Position numbers and translations under genes: made by a program
Notes under the pieces: model-generated
What the model saw: the letters and a program-made list of their open reading frames with translations, nothing else
Databases searched by the model: none
What the model was told of the DNA's origin: nothing
Shown here: piece after piece, positions 61,758 to 64,000 of the stretch
Numbering within the stretch: the first letter of the stretch is position 1
Layout of the letters: every line of letters begins with the position of its first letter
Origin: Candidatus Hodarchaeota archaeon
GTDB lineage: Archaea; Asgardarchaeota; Lokiarchaeia; Sigyniarchaeales; SOKP01
Assembly: GCA_048887225.1 (NCBI GenBank)
Contig: JBHLJY010000002.1
Coordinates: forward strand, 64,001-128,000
DNA: 64,000 nucleotides
Direction of reading: 5' to 3'

Positions 61758-62354
61758 TTGATATTAATGGATTATAATTTAAGTCTTCCACAGAATAAAA
61801 GACATAAATTCTCCCAGCCACTAGGTAAATTAATTGTTGGTAAAAGAGAGGACACCTTATTAGAAATTGAAACTTTTTTTAAAGATTTTGTCAATAGATA
61901 TTCTAATACTCATTTCTATTTAGTAGGAGATATAGTAACACTAGATTTTTTATCAAATCAATTCTTAAAATCCTTTATTAAACTTTGTATAGTTGATGAA
62001 AAAACTCAGAGAAATCGCATAAATATTAATTATAAAGGATTTTTTGAAGAAATTATTGAGTTTCAAAGCCCCGCTGGACTTATACCTAAAGAAAGTTGGG
62101 CCTTGTTAAGAAAAATAGTCAAATCAGAAAAAAGAACAGTTCTTAAAATTACTGAAGGAGAAGAAGATCTATTGGTTCTTCCCTTGGTATTAGAAATTCC
62201 AATTGAAAAAAATGTTAAGAACTTTGTTTTTTATGGGCAGCCTCCGATAACTGACTCAAGACACACGATTCCTGAAGGAATCGTAATGGTAGATGTGAAT
62301 AAATCTATTCAAAAGGTAGTTAAGAAATTTATTGCATTAATGGAAAGATCTTAA
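61758..62354 (+). CDS. GTP-dependent dephospho-CoA kinase (DUF359)
   Basis: P.G, VGDIVT, VDEKTQR, PAG, GEEDL, YGQP, EGIV; conserved position after spt4. Confidence 0.9.
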   Translation: MILMDYNLSLPQNKRHKFSQPLGKLIVGKREDTLLEIETFFKDFVNRYSNTHFYLVGDIVTLDFLSNQFLKSFIKLCIVDEKTQRNRININYKGFFEEIIEFQSPAGLIPKESWALLRKIVKSEKRTVLKITEGEEDLLVLPLVLEIPIEKNVKNFVFYGQPPITDSRHTIPEGIVMVDVNKSIQKVVKKFIALMERS

Positions 62355-62452
62355 AACAAGTACTATTTTAAATTCAAAACATTCAGAGAAATATTTCATA
62401 GGAACTCAAAAAGCAAAATTTTATTTTTTATTTGCAATTTTATGTTTTGAGT

Positions 62453-62809
62453 ATGTCGTTCGATGTAGAAATTTTAGAAGAAAAGAAGAATCAATTAATT
62501 GATAGAATAGAATTAAAAGTTAAAATTGATCATTTCGGAAAAGGAACACCAAATAGACTTGAAGTGAAAAAGAAAATATCAGCATTAAAGGACTTCAATG
62601 AAAAGCTTACAATTGTAAAAAAAGTTAAAACTCATTTTGGAGCAACCCAGGATATAGCAAAGGTATATGTATATGGTAATGCTGAAGAACTTCAATATTT
62701 TGAACCTTTTCACATACAAGTCAGAAATTTGCCTCAAGATAAAAGAGAGGAAGTTTATAAACTTAAAAAACAGAAAGAAACCTATAAACATCTTTTCGGT
62801 TATAAATAA
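62453..62809 (+). CDS. rps24e: 30S ribosomal protein S24e
   Basis: N.LIDR.E, H...GTP.R, T.FG, AKVY. Confidence 0.93.
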   Translation: MSFDVEILEEKKNQLIDRIELKVKIDHFGKGTPNRLEVKKKISALKDFNEKLTIVKKVKTHFGATQDIAKVYVYGNAEELQYFEPFHIQVRNLPQDKREEVYKLKKQKETYKHLFGYK

Positions 62810-62835
62810 TAAAATAATAATGGAATGAGTTATAA

Positions 62836-63048
62836 ATGACTGATGCATCAAAATATTATAAAATTGAGGGAGATAAATTAATTAGAACTCATCGTCAATG
62901 TCCTAAATGTGGTACTGGATTTTTTCTCGCTGACCATTATGATCGTTGGAGCTGCGGACGATGCGCTTATACAGTTTTTAAACGAAAAGGAAAAAAAACC
63001 GCATCCACAAGACGAAGATCTCCTCGAAAACGCGTAAAATCGCAGTAA
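62836..63048 (+). CDS. rps27ae: 30S ribosomal protein S27ae
   Basis: YYKI...CPKCG.G.FLADH.DR.SCGRC.YT. Confidence 0.96.
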   Translation: MTDASKYYKIEGDKLIRTHRQCPKCGTGFFLADHYDRWSCGRCAYTVFKRKGKKTASTRRRSPRKRVKSQ

Positions 63049-63163
63049 AATTTTTAATTTTTATATAAATCTATAATTATCTTCAAACAATCATTTATTT
63101 CTTTTGTTGTATTCTCTTTTTATAAAAGAAGCTACTTATTTACAAACAAATTTGGCAAGATAA

Positions 63164-64000
63164 ATGAAATTCAATAAAAAAATCTGCCTCGGCATAGAAA
63201 GTACAGCACATACTTTTGGTGTTGGAATTATTGATTTTGAAGGAAAAGTTTATAGTCTTGTTAACGATAATTTTATACCTAAAGAGGGGGGATTACATCC
63301 TGTCTTAGTAAAAGAACAACATTTAAATAATTTTATGACAACAATAAAAACCGCACTCTTAAAATCTAATTGCTCAATAGAAGATATTGATTTAATTGCT
63401 TTTAGTGATAGTCCTGGATTAGGACCAGTATTAAAAGTAGGTGCTTTAATAGCACGTATATTGAGTCAAATTTTAAAAATTCCAATCATAGGTGTAAATC
63501 ATTGCATCGCACATATCGAAATCGGACGCTTAATGTGTAAAATTGAGGATCCACTTACATTATATGTGTCTGGAGGAAATACAATCGTAAGCGCTTTTGA
63601 ATCTTCTAGATATCAAATATTTGGAGAGACGCTTGATTTGCCAATAGGAAATATGCTTGATTCTTTTGCTCGAGATGCTGGGTTGCCTCATCCAGGAGGA
63701 CCAAAAATAGAAAAATTGGCTCAAGAATCGAAAAAATATCTTCCATTACCTTATATAGTGAAAGGTATGGATCTATCATTTTCTGGATTATATACTGCTG
63801 CGAAAAGATTAATAGAATCCAAACAATATGGAAAAAATTATAACTTAAATGATATAGCATATTCAGTTCAAGAAACTTGCTTTGCGATGTTAACAGAGGT
63901 TACCGAAAGAGCCTTAGCACATACAGAAAAAAATGAAGTTCTATTAACTGGTGGAGTTGCTGCAAATAAAAGATTACAAAATATGATTGAGTATATTAGC
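63164..64000 (+). CDS. kae1: KEOPS N6-threonylcarbamoyltransferase Kae1 (3'-truncated; absent from the ORF track)
   Basis: LGIESTAHTFG, GGLHP, PGLGP, VNHCIAHIEIG, YVSGGNT, FGETLD, LLTGGVAANKRLQ. Confidence 0.96.
   Translation, partial: MKFNKKICLGIESTAHTFGVGIIDFEGKVYSLVNDNFIPKEGGLHPVLVKEQHLNNFMTTIKTALLKSNCSIEDIDLIAFSDSPGLGPVLKVGALIARILSQILKIPIIGVNHCIAHIEIGRLMCKIEDPLTLYVSGGNTIVSAFESSRYQIFGETLDLPIGNMLDSFARDAGLPHPGGPKIEKLAQESKKYLPLPYIVKGMDLSFSGLYTAAKRLIESKQYGKNYNLNDIAYSVQETCFAMLTEVTERALAHTEKNEVLLTGGVAANKRLQNMIEYIS

Noticed and set aside
63606-63860. 84-aa minus-strand ORF and the many similar short antisense or overlapping ORFs in the track
   Set aside because: Shadows of well-supported genes on the other strand or frame (here kae1).
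1-64000. tRNA or rRNA genes
   Set aside because: No GC-rich cloverleaf or rRNA-like segment was recognised by eye; a covariance-model scan was not possible.

Overview
AT-rich archaeal chromosome segment, almost certainly from an Asgard archaeon of the Lokiarchaeia. The evidence is an EF-2 paralog, Rab- and Arf/Rag-like GTPases, two Roadblock proteins, LRR proteins, Loki-type C-terminal anchor tails and the archaeal rpoE1-spt4-DUF359-rps24e-rps27ae-kae1 cluster. Positions ~1-24.5 kb and ~49.4-64 kb hold mostly housekeeping and eukaryotic-signature genes. Two things stand out. (1) The acetyl-CoA synthetase gene (24603-26642) is interrupted by two different 30-nt insertions, each with an in-frame TAG. 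Each folds with its flanking exon sequence into a tRNA-type bulge-helix-bulge (BHB) motif, and excision at the canonical positions restores the conserved motifs GEPINPEAW and WQTETGG. These are candidate endonuclease-spliced mRNA introns. (2) Directly downstream, 26.7-49.0 kb is an array of self-contained gene cassettes. It is punctuated by 16 copies of a 26-bp imperfect palindrome (10-bp arm, 6-bp spacer, AGATATAAGA arm) at which the flanking sequences swap partners, and about 11 copies of a shared promoter/leader lie among them. This looks like a site-specific-recombination (dif-module/integron-like) cassette platform, although no recombinase is encoded in the window. No rRNA, tRNA or CRISPR array was recognised. 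All family assignments come from motif recognition, not database searches.
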